A DNA stretch of 64,000 bases from Botryllus schlosseri (GCA_051294905.1 CM119373.1:31558001-31622000); one strand, 5' to 3'. Positions 12,285 to 25,920 are shown, counted from the first letter of the stretch. The notes: a model not told the origin generated them from the letters alone. Translations and numbers: made by a program.

Positions 12285-13044
12285 CCTAAGATAGTACCTA
12301 TTTGCAGAATCATTAGTCATTTTGCGTTCATCGCACAGATACGTCTGGCAATGTCAAAATTACCCACCTCCGAGCAGGCCTGTGTATATGTGATCCCGAA
12401 AGTTACCTTTTGAAACTACGTACTTCAGTACTTTTCATACCTTTCATTTTTACTTCCACTTGAAATAGCTTTTTACCTGTCTTGGAATTTGATACTCCTA
12501 CTTGTAATTGAGTATAAATTTACGGCGTTCTTTCTAATTCTAGGCCTGCTTGAATATAGCAACGCCGACTAGTTTAACCTCGTCTGCTGTTTTTTGCACG
12601 CGCCATCGTTTCACATCTTAGGGTGCATTATCGACTCGCATAAGTCAGCTAAATATTTCGCAATTCCTGCTGATTCGTTTCAAATAATCTGACTCAATCT
12701 ACAAAAGACCTGATTCAATTAGTGCCATAGCGCGCCATCAAAGTGATTCTAATAGAGTTTGAAGGATTGATTGGTGTCAACTAAAGGCAGGATGTTGCAA
12801 ATCCAAGCTACTCTTTTACACGACTCGAGCGTAACTTCTCGATGAAGCTGTATGATATATCTCTACGCGGGCATTCAAGCAGTGGTTCCCGGACCTTTTC
12901 AGCTTGTGGCACACAATTAGCAGAAGAAAAAAATAAATAAAACGGTCATGGCACACGTACAAGACAAGAAACTTTTGCTTTTTAAAATGTCAAATGTTAG
13001 TGCGAGGGATGGGCTTGTTTATAGAACACGACTGAGGCGCAGTG

Positions 13045-13235
13045 GCGAGATAGCGTGCAATGGGCGGTTCCATAGCTGCATCACCAATGGGTTGCGAGTT
13101 TGAGTCAAACCGAGTTCGCCTCCAGAATCCCTACCTAAACGTTAGAGATTTATCTTAGTTTGTCCTCGTCATCTTATCCGCGTGAGAGGTGTCCTACAAA
13201 AACCTGGAATGAAAGCGAGCCGTGCTACAAGTAGG
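13045..13235 (+). mobile_element. SINE family I, 3' truncated
   Basis: The head gatagcgtgcaatgggcggttccatagctgcatcaccaatgggttgcgag and the core ending gccgtgctacaag match the other family I copies. Confidence 0.7.
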
Positions 13236-13530
13236 TTTGCAATTAAAACAAAAATCAATTTAAAACAAGCATGTTTAAAACAATGCCCTTGTTTAAAACT
13301 TGTTTTTTCAAAGCCATGACGTCACCAATATTCAATTGTGACTTCATAACGAACTGACATGCACAATTGAAGGTATAGGGTAAATATAGCTCCTTTGACA
13401 GAATATCTACGTACTACAGCTGTTGGACCGACTACTTTGAGGTTCACAACCATCCCATATCGTATACGACGGCTATATAGGGTAGTAGCTGTCCACAGGC
13501 TCATATAACACGTTTTTTGGAAAGTCTATC
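13236..13530. repeat. Dispersed repeat family G (probable non-autonomous DNA element)
   Basis: aaaacaaaaatcaatttaaaacaagcatgttt...tgacgtca...tagggtaaatatagctcc matches 47431-49139, and 26990-27132 in reverse. Confidence 0.7.
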
Positions 13531-14024
13531 CCCACTTCCTAACAGCCTCTCGTCTCTGTAGCATTTATAATTTCAGTCTAAACTGAACAGTGACCTTCAC
13601 ATGGCCATGAAGATGCAAATGAAAATATATTGTTGATTGCTTTTGCAATCAGGAAATCATGATTATGATCATGATCATCGCGTGAGCTTCGTCATCAGCC
13701 ATTGAAGCAGCTAGAGTACTTTTAAGTCGCATATGCTTGTCAACGTGCTCACTTTTAAATGTTCATACCGTTATTTTCTAAAAATTAATGCGCGACAGAC
13801 TAGCGGAACTGTGGCCGCGCATAGTTTGGAAATCACTGCAATTAGGATTTTACTCATCCGTAGCTTGTTACACGGTCTAGCCCTGCAAGTATATAGTATG
13901 AATCTGTGCAAGGCCTGATCAACTATTATTCCGCGTGGGATCGGAAATACTGCACTCCATGAAAGCCTGTCGGATGAAGGCGTACATGCTGTTGAGAGAT
14001 TGCTTGGTACGATAAACACATCGT

Positions 14025-14539
14025 TCGGGCTGGGCAAAATGATTCGAGTACTCGAATCTGAATCGAGTAGTAATTTTAATGATTCGAGTCGAGTAGTAAA
14101 AGACGATTTTTTCGAGTACTGAAATTATACGGTCCTCGCAACTGAAAGTTAATTTACTGACGAGAATTATAGTTTTGATACTATTTTCCACTGAGGAAGC
14201 CGTGAAACCTTGATTGGCCGTGTTTGAGCATACCAGGCACAGTTTGAAGCTACGAACGTTACTGGAAATAACACATTTCCGAAGTCATTATCATCCAAAT
14301 AAATTGTTAAGAAGTGCAATGAAATCGGTACGGTCGAAAAAATACCACAGTACCTTTAATGTGATGGATAACAGGCATTACGTTCTTTGTGGTGGCATAA
14401 AAGGTTCATATTTGGACTTCGACATAGTACATCCTGTTGTGACGTCATAATGAGTGATACTCGATTACTCGACTCGACTCGAAGCATATTACGTGATTCA
14501 GAATCGAATCACTCAGGTACTCGATTTTGCCCAGCCCTA
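14025..14539. mobile_element. hAT-type MITE family B
   Basis: TIRs t(c)gggctgggcaaaat/attttgcccagcccta and perfect 8-bp TSD cacatcgt. Confidence 0.92.
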
Positions 14540-15715
14540 CACATCGTCCCAACATTTGCCTCGTCCGCGAATAAAATGGTCGCCATCCATTCGCTAAATA
14601 ATGACTTACTGGACTGTAAGGAGTATCGGAACACAGAAATTTATAGCAGCAAGCTATTGGATGCTATTGCTATCGAAAGGCATACTGCCGCAACACCTGT
14701 TCTATTGCCTCAGGCATATCTGATTTATCTGAAATCAGGTCTAGAACATACCCAACCCGCACCACATTATTCCGTAATAGAACTCACAGAGACGAAACAA
14801 TTCACTCAAAAGTAGCCTAAAACAACCCCGTGGGATTTATGTTTTGAGATAAGTCGACAATTGACAGACAGGAATGTCCGACTGATGTCGTGACTGTTGA
14901 ACGGCTAAGTGACTCCTACAAATCACCCACCACCAAGTCTGACTATAATACACACTTCAATTCGTACAATCCACCGTTAGTCGCCCAGGAAGCAGTCAAA
15001 CTTGTTTCTACGCGTATAACATTGCCGTGATTAGCGCGATATCCACAGACCAAAATGTTCTTATTCGTACTATATAACTATAGCAACTTGATAGCAATAC
15101 ACGTGCTGAGATAAGAGTAAATTTTATGCTTTGTCCCTCGGTTATGCCTGAAATGTGATATAAACTGATTATAAGTAAGGCAGCTGTTGTACTGATTGTA
15201 TCTCAATATATCGATGCATACAGCTAGAAAATAAGTCACTCTATTTTACGAGCGATATTCGCAGCAAGTTGAAAATACATGTATACGATTATATAGATTG
15301 AATATCAATAATAAGGTATGGTCCGTGACTTTTGCGGTATCACCGAAGGAAAGTCTTTACTTCCTATATCTATATTCTAGAACGACTATCAGAAATAGAT
15401 ATCTTTCAAATTTCAGCCTGTGTAATCCTCCCACAGCGACCGGCGAAACTCGCTGTGTAGCTGCAAAAGTCAGCAACCACATAACGAAAAAGCCACACAA
15501 CTAACCCATACGAGTTTGCTTCCTTGTGTTTCGCTATAATCCCGAAACCGCAGACATATGCTTGCTAGTTGACACGCCGATACATAACATCCGGTGACAA
15601 AACCAGTCTGGAATATAGCGACCGTCACTTTCCAATGATTGAGATTCCGTCCGCAATATGCTGCCATTACCGGAGCATAATAAGGTATGGTATGGTATGA
15701 TATGGTAGGCTATAC

Positions 15716-17254
15716 CAGAGGTCTCAAACACGCGACCCGCGAGAGCATTTTCTGCGGCCCGCGACAGCATTTTGGAATTTCAAGTATTCGACAATATCCA
15801 GTGCTACATATCTTTTTTTAGATATAGGAACTTAAAGTTCACCCTAAATCTACCATAAAAACACTTAAATCTCAACAGACTACACTATCACATCACTTAT
15901 AAAAGCGACCACGCGGTATAACATCAGCTATTCGCGTCACATTTCTAGTTCATGATGATAAAACATGACCCGTTGATGACTGAACATTGTGATTCGGTTT
16001 TGTGCGGTCTTTTGTAAAATTACACGATTTCGGATTGACTGTGTAATTAAATAAAAATGACTCGAGTTGAGTTGAGTCAAACGTTAAAATCAGAGAAGGA
16101 CTTGCGACTCGGAACGGTGACTTGGCAATCCTACGGATGCCCAAATCTATGAAACTGTCACGGGGAATAGTAATATATCAAAAAATCGTAGCTTGCGTTG
16201 CGTAGGGTAGGCTATATATATTATATAACTATCTAATCAGGTCAGTATGTCAACTATCGGCATTATGTGACCCCCGTGACGTATAGTTGGTTACATGCTG
16301 GGTGTGGTCTGTTCTCTTTATCCATGTTATTATCGGTGGCGAGCAAGGTAGTAGTACGCTCAACAGCTGTGACACCAATGAATTCATCGGCGATTGGACA
16401 TTTCTATTCCAGGGGTTCTTAACCATGGTCCGTAGAGTCGTAGACCCCTTCGGGTTACGGAGCACCACTTCATGTTGTACGAGATGCATTGTGGAAATAG
16501 GCCTGATATGCTGTGAAATATTTTCTTGACCAATTTATTCAACTGGAAAATGATCTTCGCGCTACGCGTGATTTTATGTGTATAGACTTTCTAATTTTAA
16601 TGTATGGGTACAATCAGAAATTGTATTGAAGATGAACAGGGGCTACGAGAAATCTTATTGGAAGCACGAGGGGTACGATCGCTAAAGTAACAGTAACTAA
16701 GGCTCAATAATGATTATATTCAAGTTGTTAATCGAAGGCAAAATCTGAAGGTGATTTAAATTGACTTTGGCAATGACATAGTAACAATAGCCTACTTATT
16801 ATCACGACTATATCATAACCCGGATTAGGCTACACCGCTCAAATGCTCCGATATCAGATCAATCTTCAGTAGATTTTCAAATATTCTACACAAAACTATG
16901 GCACGTCAAAGGTCCACTAGCTGCAATATTATAACCCGGCAATTTGACGATGTCATGAATCATGATGCATCCTCTCGCATGATGTCTATAACTCATCCTT
17001 ATTTGAACAAAATGCCTGGCATAAAAACAATTTTATTCAAATATTTGAAAATATGTTTTTTCCGTGTCAAGCGTGAATAGTACAATAGTAAATTACATTT
17101 CATGATGTTTGTGAAATGCCTGTCTTCAAGCTACCGTCAAATAAGGTCTACTTGGAAATTTTGCGTTGAATATCCCTATTATTGGTGGTGCGGCCCGCGG
17201 CGTCGTCAAAACTAAGAAATTGGCCCGCGAGCACAATTGAGTTTGAGACCTCTG
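15716..17254. mobile_element. hAT-type MITE family D with internal secondary insertions
   Basis: TIRs cagaggtctcaaac/gtttgagacctctg and perfect TSD ggctatac. It is about 740 bp longer than the 7277 copy; the extra DNA lies near 15930-16370 and in a caggggttcttaacc-starting segment from about 16409. Confidence 0.88.
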
Positions 17255-19149
17255 GGCTATACGGAACGATGTTTCGCTATGAAATATGGAAATGTGCAAG
17301 TATATGATCTTGTATGGAACTTTTTCCACACTTCCATACGTTGGTAGACTTGCGATAACCATGACAAAGATAGATCCTATTTTCGATTTGTCAAATCGAT
17401 TGCATACCTAAAAAATAGTACACTGACAGGTGTATGTTCATATCTCAAATTTCGACTCAGACTCACCCACCCCGTATGACATGTACTTCAAGACAAAGAA
17501 CAGTTCTGCAACTAGCATATGAGCGAAAATAATATAAATGATAATTATTCCAATCTGAATATCATGAAGGCAAATTAATAGTCGTCCGCAGTCGCGTTAC
17601 AGCTTTTATTTCGTTTATCGTAAGTACCACTCTGTAAATTATTCAGACCGATTTTAAAACCGTAGACTATGTGAATGCAGTAGTTGCGTGAATATCCATA
17701 TCAATTTGCTGAACCGGAAAGTCATTTCCTGTGCTTTAGTTGGATTAGTCCAATTCTTGTGTTTCAATCAGGATCTTTGTGATACATGTGATACAAACCC
17801 TACAACAGCATGTTAGTAAGAAACCTCTTGACAGTCACTGTTTTAAACTTATCGATATCGCGAGGCCGCACTACCGATGAACGCCGTTTTAACTATAGTA
17901 TACAGTTTTAGAAGGCACTATTCGATGCTCGAACCACATTTATACTGGTAGGGGACGTCATTTGCTTGAGCAAATTTTGAAAAGTAGTTGTAATTGATAG
18001 CGTATGTTGCTCAGTCATAAGATCAATCACTACTCGCTTTTGACATCCTACCCACTGCTTCAGTGCTTAATTTTACCTATCAAATCGGTACTTTTCATGT
18101 AACGTTTTTCTGTTCATTTTTAAGAGTAAGTTGTATGGAAGTGAGATAGAAACATGCCGTTTTTGCATCTTTTGAGCCCAAAACTAGCTTTCTAGTATAA
18201 GCGGTTATCAAGATATGGCAAAATTGGCTATTTTCGGCTCGTACGGTGAAAATGCACGACCACTTGAGGGTGTACGAACCCAAAATCATGATAGAATTTA
18301 TTTATTTGCTATTCGGCACCACATATCAAGACACTTTTTTGAAATTTAATTTTTTTTATTTTTCACTCCACTCTAATGCATATATAATATACATATATAT
18401 TTTTATGGAACAAAACCTTTGTTTTGTTTAATTTTGTATATGATATCTTCATATTACCGCTAGCAGAGATTTGCCACACTAAATTTACATGTCATGAGTT
18501 TTTGTTGTGATTCTCATATAACGCCGTACATATTTTACGTTCCGTATTCGATGATTGGACAACCCTCATCGCTGACACTATGACACCAAGGAATTGGGGA
18601 TAGAATTGGTGCATGATGGCTGTTTAAATGGATTATTTCATCCAAAATATTTAAAATATAAACGCCGGAAAATTTTCACACATACATAAAATACTATCTG
18701 CGAGGTTTGGGCAACTGCGAGTATATCGAAAAAGTATCAAATATGGTATGGAAAATTGTAAGTATGGATTGGTATGGAACGGTTGAGACGACATAGACAT
18801 AGACTTACGCTGTATGCTCACATGGTATTTAGTTTGGTGAGAAAGCGTAAATAACGTTCGCAGTTCTTTAACATGCATGCACTTCTAGCAAATAATCCTA
18901 TGTTACATAACACACATGTAAGGTTGGGGTTCATCACAACACAAAACAGAATCATTCACTACTGACAATTTCATTTTGGAGCTCTCGAATACAAGGATAT
19001 TAAGGTATCTTCAAAGCAATGTCTAATCTACAAATGGCTTTCAGTTTCAAACGTGCTGTATAGAACAATGCTTCCAGAACTCGATATGCAATGTGCTGCA
19101 AGATACAGCACATGTTTCGAAACATTTGGATATTTGATGAATTTGCATT

Positions 19150-19695
19150 TAAATTTGCGGGTTCGAGTCCGACCGAGCTCGACTCCAAAATTCCTACCCA
19201 AGTGTTGGAGGTTTATCTAAGCCCCTCCTCGCCCTCTCATCTGTGTGAGCGGTCTCTTTTAAAAGCCTATAGAAGTGGGCCGTGCTACAAGTCAGGAGCC
19301 ACGGAATAGAAATGAGAAAAAGTGGACTGGCGTAAATGACCATGACCATAGTAGCCGGCAAACACCATCAATACCACAAACAACATTATTATTTGAAATG
19401 TTATTCATTTTCGGCTATATACGGATCAAAAATTAAGGGATTCTAAGAGATGATATCACGAATTCGGCCGCAGGGGTTAATAGCTCGGGCTGGACTAAGA
19501 GGTCCTGAATGGGATGCCATGATTACGGCAGGACTCAATAAGAAAGGACCGTTGAAAATCATATCTTGCACAGTTCAGGAGAAAATGGTCGACGGTTTCG
19601 ACAATATTACATCGAAGACAGAGAGGACTATCTGAACGTGCTATTCTAAACGAATGGGCGTTAAGCTTACAGTGGCACAAACAACAACAAGAAGA
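19150..19695 (+). mobile_element. SINE family I with a LINE fragment inserted in its (ACA)n tail
   Basis: B-box ggttcgagtcc, the shared core, and a tail accacaaacaaca[insert]cacaaacaacaacaagaag matching the tail of the 24006 copy. Confidence 0.8.
19386..19675 (-). mobile_element. 5'-truncated non-LTR retrotransposon (LINE) 3' end, ORF2 C-terminal CCHC knuckle, frameshifted
   Basis: Translates to HCKLNAHSFRIARSDSPLCLRCNIVETVDHFLLNCARY, then after a 1-nt shift LVQPELLTPAAEFVISSLRIP*. It has an aaataataa tail and an 11-bp TSD cacaaacaaca (19375-19385 and 19676-19686). Confidence 0.85.
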
Positions 19696-20220
19696 TTGGC
19701 TACTGTAGCAGCCTTGGTGCTGCTGCCAACATTGTTATTATAGTATCTGTGGTCATGGACTGTTCACGTAGTTTCTTGTGATCGTAATATTCTCCCTCTT
19801 TCTGGTCTGGACGTCGCGCTGGCCGGTCGTGTGACCACCGGCTTAATACCGTATTATGTTGAGGTGTCGAGTCGATACGTTGCAATAAGCTTGTGAAGCT
19901 CTGTAATAAAGCAATACCAATCCGAAGACCGGGCCGTTAGCCCGTTACACTACTTCATGTTATCACCTAGCGGTAGAATATAAGAGACGAATTATTTCAA
20001 ATCCGAAATAATGATAGTGCTGTTCCAGAAGGGGTACACAGCACCTGATAAGATTGATTTTGAAAACTGAGTCACCGACTTACCCAAGTTCGCACCATAC
20101 CTTGAAATTTCCTCACCCACGATCTAGGACGATGATGCATTGTTGTTACATTGCCGTGAGCATATTATTATTTGACAACATTCACACGAAATTTTGTTGC
20201 GTAAAATAACACATCTGAAT

Positions 20221-20640
20221 TAGGGATGATGTGAACGTGATTTTCACGTTCGCGTTCCGTGAATGAGCCTCGGAAATTTGAAGATTTGCGTTCGCAAACG
20301 AGCCTGGGTGGGTTCTGCATTGTGAGCCGTTTTCATAAATTACATTTTGTCCACGTCATTAGAACATGTTTGGTTGAACTATTTTGCATTTCAACTTCGG
20401 ACTACTCTCTGCACGGTAGCACGAGAAGAAATCAGGCAGTAAACGAGCATGCACCTTGACAATTTCAAAAAGTATTGTCATTGTTTGAAAAGTTTGCTCG
20501 AAATATTCAATTTTCAGTTTGTGGATATTTAGTGAATCTCTGCTGTGAGCTGTTGCCGGCAATCGCGCGATAGAAAGAACGACAAAGGCCATATGCACTT
20601 ATGCAGGCAGTCAGATACTTGTGCATCATCAATCAATCAA
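20221..20640. mobile_element. MITE family K, partial copy
   Basis: tagggatgatgtgaacgtgattttcacgttcgcgttc... is collinear with 22856-23210 and stops at the Chapaev terminus. Confidence 0.7.
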
Positions 20641-21099
20641 TTACACTGGTCAACACGCTTTTTTAGGCAGACATACTAAGAGTGGTTTTGGGGGTTCTAA
20701 GGGGAGCTGATTCCGAGTATGACCTTGGTTTTTTCAAATTGGATCTTCTTTTGGAAATAACCCATGGGGCCATTTTGACCGAAATCTCCCATTTTTGCTG
20801 TAATGGCTAGATAAGAAATCAGCTCAGTCGTACTAGAAAGTTTAGAAGTTCAATTTACTTGTTCTTTTTACACACAGAATACTCTTTTAAATCAAAATAC
20901 AGCAACAGCACTATATTTAGGGGTATAGATTCATCATAGTTATAGACTTTCACGGATATCATGTGCATAAATAAACTCCAGTCATGTATATAAGTATTTA
21001 CTTAGATACTCAAATAACGTGGCATTAATTCAATCAGTTTTACTTCAACCACCTATTGTTAATTTGGAATATTCAGTTGAAATATAATATTATTCATTT

Positions 21100-22500
21100 A
21101 TTTTAAAGCACGATTATTTCTTGTACGATTTTCGCCTGTGAGCAGCTTAGTGCAGTTTTGCGAAAGGTTCCAGCAATGGTCTGCCATAATATGTTTATCT
21201 CATCTGACCTAATATCTTTCTTTTGTTGTTTTGATATCTTGGTGGAACCTCTCCCCTTGCTAATTAACAAGATCATCGGGAAATATACCAAGATGACTGA
21301 ACAGGAAGTGAACTTTTATGCTTATATGTTTGTCCCAAGTTTTCCATATACAGATACGAATTTTCGGACCAACTGTTTGTAGTTGGGTGCTTTGTGATCA
21401 TCTTATTATTATTACACCTTAGTATAAATTCCATGCAGTTCTAATATGAAATTGGAATCTTTCATCCGTATTCGAATCTAAAATCTATCAAAGATACCAG
21501 ATTTAAGCTTCTCGTATGACAGGGATACTATAGTATAGATATTCCCACTTTGCTGACTCAGCAGAAAATTGTCCATTTACAAGTCAAGAGTAATGAGACG
21601 CATATGTGTATTGTAGTTAATCTCTTCAAGGACAAATTTCATAGCTTTATACTACTTTTTATCTTGGTACAATTGGTAGACCAATTGATACATTTTATTT
21701 TGATGGGGACAGATTCGCAATAGGAAGATGGCAGTAATTAGTTATAATGTGAGCATCTTAACTATCGTGATATTTCTCTTCCATTTATTTGATTTAAAGG
21801 AGAAACCGTCCACCTCGCTCTTCAGTCATATTTCACGGGTTTTTGGGAAAGCAATGACACTGAACTTTTATGCTCATGCTTATCCTTGATCCAAGAACGT
21901 TCGTGAACATCACCTACACGTTATCCCCATAGTTTTTTTTTTGTCGTCTCGACAGAAGCTAGGACCTTCGTTGTTTAGCTGAACTCGCGTAAAAGGCGTT
22001 GTTTCACTCTGTATTCGTAATACTGTTGAGAAGTCGGTGTTTGCCATATACATCTTCCACTACATCCGATATCGTAGCATCACTCGAAATCACATTTGGC
22101 ACGGAAGTAAAGCTGCAACTGGAATTTCAGGGGAGTGGTTAATTGGCTGCAAAGCAGCGTCATTGTTGAGGAAGTGCTATGACTTCTTGTTCTTGTTTCA
22201 ACCTCACATCTCATCCGTGTAAAACTATGAATCATCATGGTGGTTCTTTGGCTCGCACAAAACTACGGGGAATACAAATTGCATCATTTAGACTACACCT
22301 TGAGTCCATAAGCGCGAAGTTTCAGCCTAATGCTGGCGGGCCGTTTGCGGTGCCCGGCGTATATCTTGATCTCTCAGCGTCATATCAAATCACTCCTTGT
22401 AAGTGCACTTGGTGACATCTCACATATTGAATCGCTTCATCTTCAACGGGTTCTCGTAACATATGCAGCAAAACAAATCTAGGTCATTACGACACTTTCT
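21100..22500 (-). pseudogene. Degraded Chapaev3-type transposase
   Basis: Manual translation gives ordered motifs with many stops and frameshifts: RKCRNDLDLFCCIC; DQDIRRAP..RLWTQG..FVFPVVLCEPKNHHDD; PINHSPEIPV; MKFVLEEINYNTH..LLSQQSG; KLKSGIFD..IR..MKD; SIKVHFLFSHLGIFPDDL..QGERFHQDIK..MADHCWNL. Confidence 0.85.
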
Positions 22501-22855
22501 CTGTCTAGCTAACACTCAATTTTTACCATACTTATTAAAACACCCATTAATTGAAATTTCTGAAAATGATAGCGAGGGACAGTATCTGATATTGTAAAGC
22601 GTCAGAAAGCGTGTTGAATTTGAACCCACTAATCATCGGTGCTGAGATAAGTGTCATTTTACTCTTTCTGTGGCTTAAATGAGAGGTGTTAATTGACGTA
22701 ATCTGTCGTAAAAATAGTTTCTAAATGATAATTTTCAGGATAAAACTAACTATTGCTTCATCAGTGCACTACAACGCACATGTTAGTAATACATGGGAGA
22801 TCATATAAACTAATCTAAGCCCATATTCCCCTCCTCGAGCGCGAGTTATATTACC

Positions 22856-23804
22856 TAGGGAAGGTGTGAAGGTGAGGTTCACGTTCGCGTTCTGTGTGTG
22901 AACCTCAGAAATTTAGAGGTTCACGTTCACAAGCGAACCTTTTCAGGTTCTGCACAGTGAACTTTCTTCGTATGTAACAATTTTCACCTCATTATAACAT
23001 CTTTGGTTTAAATTTATTGCATTTCAACTGCGGGCTACTCTATGCAAGGCGCTGTCAGCGTAAAAAAAATCAACACTAAACGAGCATGCACTTTGACAAT
23101 CTCAAAATTTTCTGTTGTGAGCTTGACCCGCAATCACACAACAGTAAGAACACAATACACTGGGTGTGTAGGTAGTCAGCGAATGATGCTTATTCAGCCA
23201 ATCAATGGAATTGATAGCGTTGTCTGATTTAAAAATTCTAGCAGGCGTATACGGGTCGATCTTGACTTCATATGTTTATTGTGTCATAAAAACCAAATTC
23301 GTGCGATTGGGTTGTCGGCTACTTCTGTATAACTTGTTAACGGGGTAATATCGGTACCAAGTATAAAAACCCGTTTTACATTCGGCTCAATATCAACGTA
23401 GCAATACTCAAGACGCTGATTACATTGTCTGGTCTGGCTTAGATCGTTAAGGCCTAAGCTTATATTCTTTGCAAGTCGTTGTCGAAATTGTCGGCAAAGT
23501 GACGGAAGATATTGATTTAATGGGATCAGTATGTTATTTGGTTGCCCCAGTTGATATATTTGGCGACGTTTAAAACGTCAATATGTACTTCAGCATAGTG
23601 TCATTATGTGGCCCGAATCGTCGCTAGGCATCGTGTACAATCTGTAAATTAATATATGCTATCACTTATCTGAAATGTAGGGTTGACAGTAGCAATATGA
23701 CGTCACGTGACGTCATGAGGTTCACGTTCGCGTTCACACAGAACCTTTGAAAAAGGTTCACGTTCACACGAACCTGAACCTTTCAGAGGTTCATGCCTTC
23801 CCTA
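22856..23804. mobile_element. MITE family K nested in the Chapaev element
   Basis: TIRs tagggaagg/ccttcccta, with GTGAAC/GTTCAC subterminal repeats at both ends. No clear 8-bp TSD. Confidence 0.8.
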
Positions 23805-24005
23805 TACCCCAAAATATACTACTTTTCGTGCCATATATAGGTAGAAGCAATACCTAAAAAAGGGTGCCAATAACTCGGCAAAAGTAATGCCATTTTCGGA
23901 CTCGGCGCCCCCGATTTACCCCTATATCAATCTCACATATCATGATTCGAAAAAAAATTGTTGACCTGCGTTATTGAGTTCGTAAAGAAATTGAATAATT
24001 ATTAT

Positions 24006-24288
24006 TTCTTGTTGTTGTTGTCTGTGGTATTCATGGTGTTTGTCGACTGCTATGGTGATTTACACAAGGCCAGCTGTCTTCATTTTTATTTTGTAGCGGC
24101 CGATTGTAGCACGGCCCATATCTAGGCTTTTTATAAGACGCCGTTTACACGGATGAGAACGCTAGGACGAGCCTAGATAAACTTCCAACACTAAGGTATA
24201 GAAATTCTGATGTCGACCTAGGTCGGACTCGGACCCGCAATCCATTGGTGCTGCAGGTGTGGATTATACCACTACGCTATCCCGTCAC
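24006..24288 (-). mobile_element. Full-length SINE family I
   Basis: On the reverse strand: gggatagcgtagtggtat (A-box), ggtccgagtcc (B-box), the core, and an (ACA)n tail. Confidence 0.85.
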
Positions 24289-25321
24289 GGTAAAGTTTTG
24301 TTTGTATTGATGGTCTGCCAAAAAGATCTCAACGCAACAGGCATTCTCCACATCTCTACGGTTTGTGGGGATCTCCGCCGCAGGATGGGGTAGTGTAGCG
24401 ACTCTACAAGGCCCGCTCATCTCGTTTGATTGTTTGATTGACTTGATTGGCGGATGGTTCCGCTGCCTTTTCGCTGTATACCAGGGATATATAAAACTCC
24501 AGGGATATCCCTGCTGTATACATAATTACATATTATGCATGTAACTGTATTTTTTGGCGGAGTTGCTAACATCGGTCGCAATAAACGCAACTAATCGCTT
24601 CAGCATTATTATTCCTAAAAAGATATACTCCTATTGCCAAATTTATTCTATAGTTAGTATAGAGTCGCAGCGTATACTTCAAACTTTCCAGCTGATTATA
24701 ATCATCATAATTATCAATATAATTATCATAATGAGCGAAGATTAGTGAATGCGATGACATGAATTCGAACTAAAGAAAGAATTTTGTCACTGAGACAAAA
24801 TCATGACCGGTCAACAGGCTCTCGAGAATAACAAACATGACAACCCAGTAACGCGGAGAAATTTGAATATAGTATGACTATACTAAACAAATCCACACGA
24901 TATTTACGGAGTACCACCTAGGTTCATTGTTGCTACTAAAGTAGAAATATATAGAAGGAAGGCCTACAATTTCTACTTAAATACAATTGTGGTATACCAA
25001 TTTAGCGATGTCAAAACTTTGCGACTCTCGCTAAATGACTGATGACTAGGGTATTTTTTACCTAACAAACGGAAGATTTTGACCTAACAAATATAAATAT
25101 TGACAATTTTTACCTTAAAAAAAACTTAATTTTGACCAAATTGTGACCTAACGTATATACAAATTAGGTGTTTCCCACATAATGTTAGAATTGTACTACT
25201 TAAGTTCATTTCTGGTTGGAACTGTCTGTCCTTACGAAGTAGTTTGGGCTGAAAAAACTTTTTTGACTCAAAAAATGACATATTTTTACATGAAAAAACT
25301 TTATTTTAACGAAATCTGGAC

Positions 25322-25920
25322 CTATGAAGAATTCCAGTAGTTACATCACGTATTATGGTAGAAACAATTAAAGTTTGTTGTAGTACAACAACGAAAGATA
25401 CATTCCTGCATTCTCGGGTAGAAAGTGTCTGTCCTTACTGAGTAGCTTGCCAAGAATGGAGAATGAACGTTCAACAGTAGCAGTTGTTGGCTGACACCAC
25501 TGAAGTTGTGCGTACACTGCTATGGTGTCATACCGTGTTGCTTCATTCTGACAATGGTGTCTACATCACAAATTTTCATCATGCGCTTCTTGATATAAGG
25601 ACTAAGCAATGCCCACGCAATCATGCTTCAGTTAGGATATTGCGGTACGTTATCACCATGTCAGCCTATTTGTTTCATTTGAATGTTTATGATTCACAAT
25701 GAGCAGACAATGACCGTCTAGAACGGTAGGCCTATAAAGTAGGCTACAAGCTGTAAAATGTCAAATGATAAGTTCACAGACCGTGCAAAATCTACGATAC
25801 AAACGAAATGCAGGTTGTAAAAAAATTTGACTTTGTTTACAATTTTGACATTTTTTGACCTAACGCTACAATTTTGACCTAATTTTGACTTCTTTTTTGA
25901 CATGTTAAAAAATAATTGCC
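25322..25920. repeat. Unclassified dispersed repeat family A (about 600 bp)
   Basis: Collinear with 40317-41325 (minus the nested MITE) and with 1-202. Confidence 0.85.

Larger units (their letters stand above)
20644..23970 (-). mobile_element. Fossil Chapaev3-type (CMC superfamily) DNA transposon
   Basis: Termini cactggtcaaca and tgttgacctgcg (reverse complement cgcaggtcaaca), a TTA trinucleotide on both flanks, and a transposase remnant inside. About 2.4 kb after removing the nested MITE. Confidence 0.75.

Noticed and set aside
14387-14815. 142-aa ORF, and similar ORFs at 11833, 13919, 14214, 35098 and 35270
   Set aside because: They arise wholly or partly from non-coding MITE B sequence, and removing the MITE does not restore a recognisable gene.
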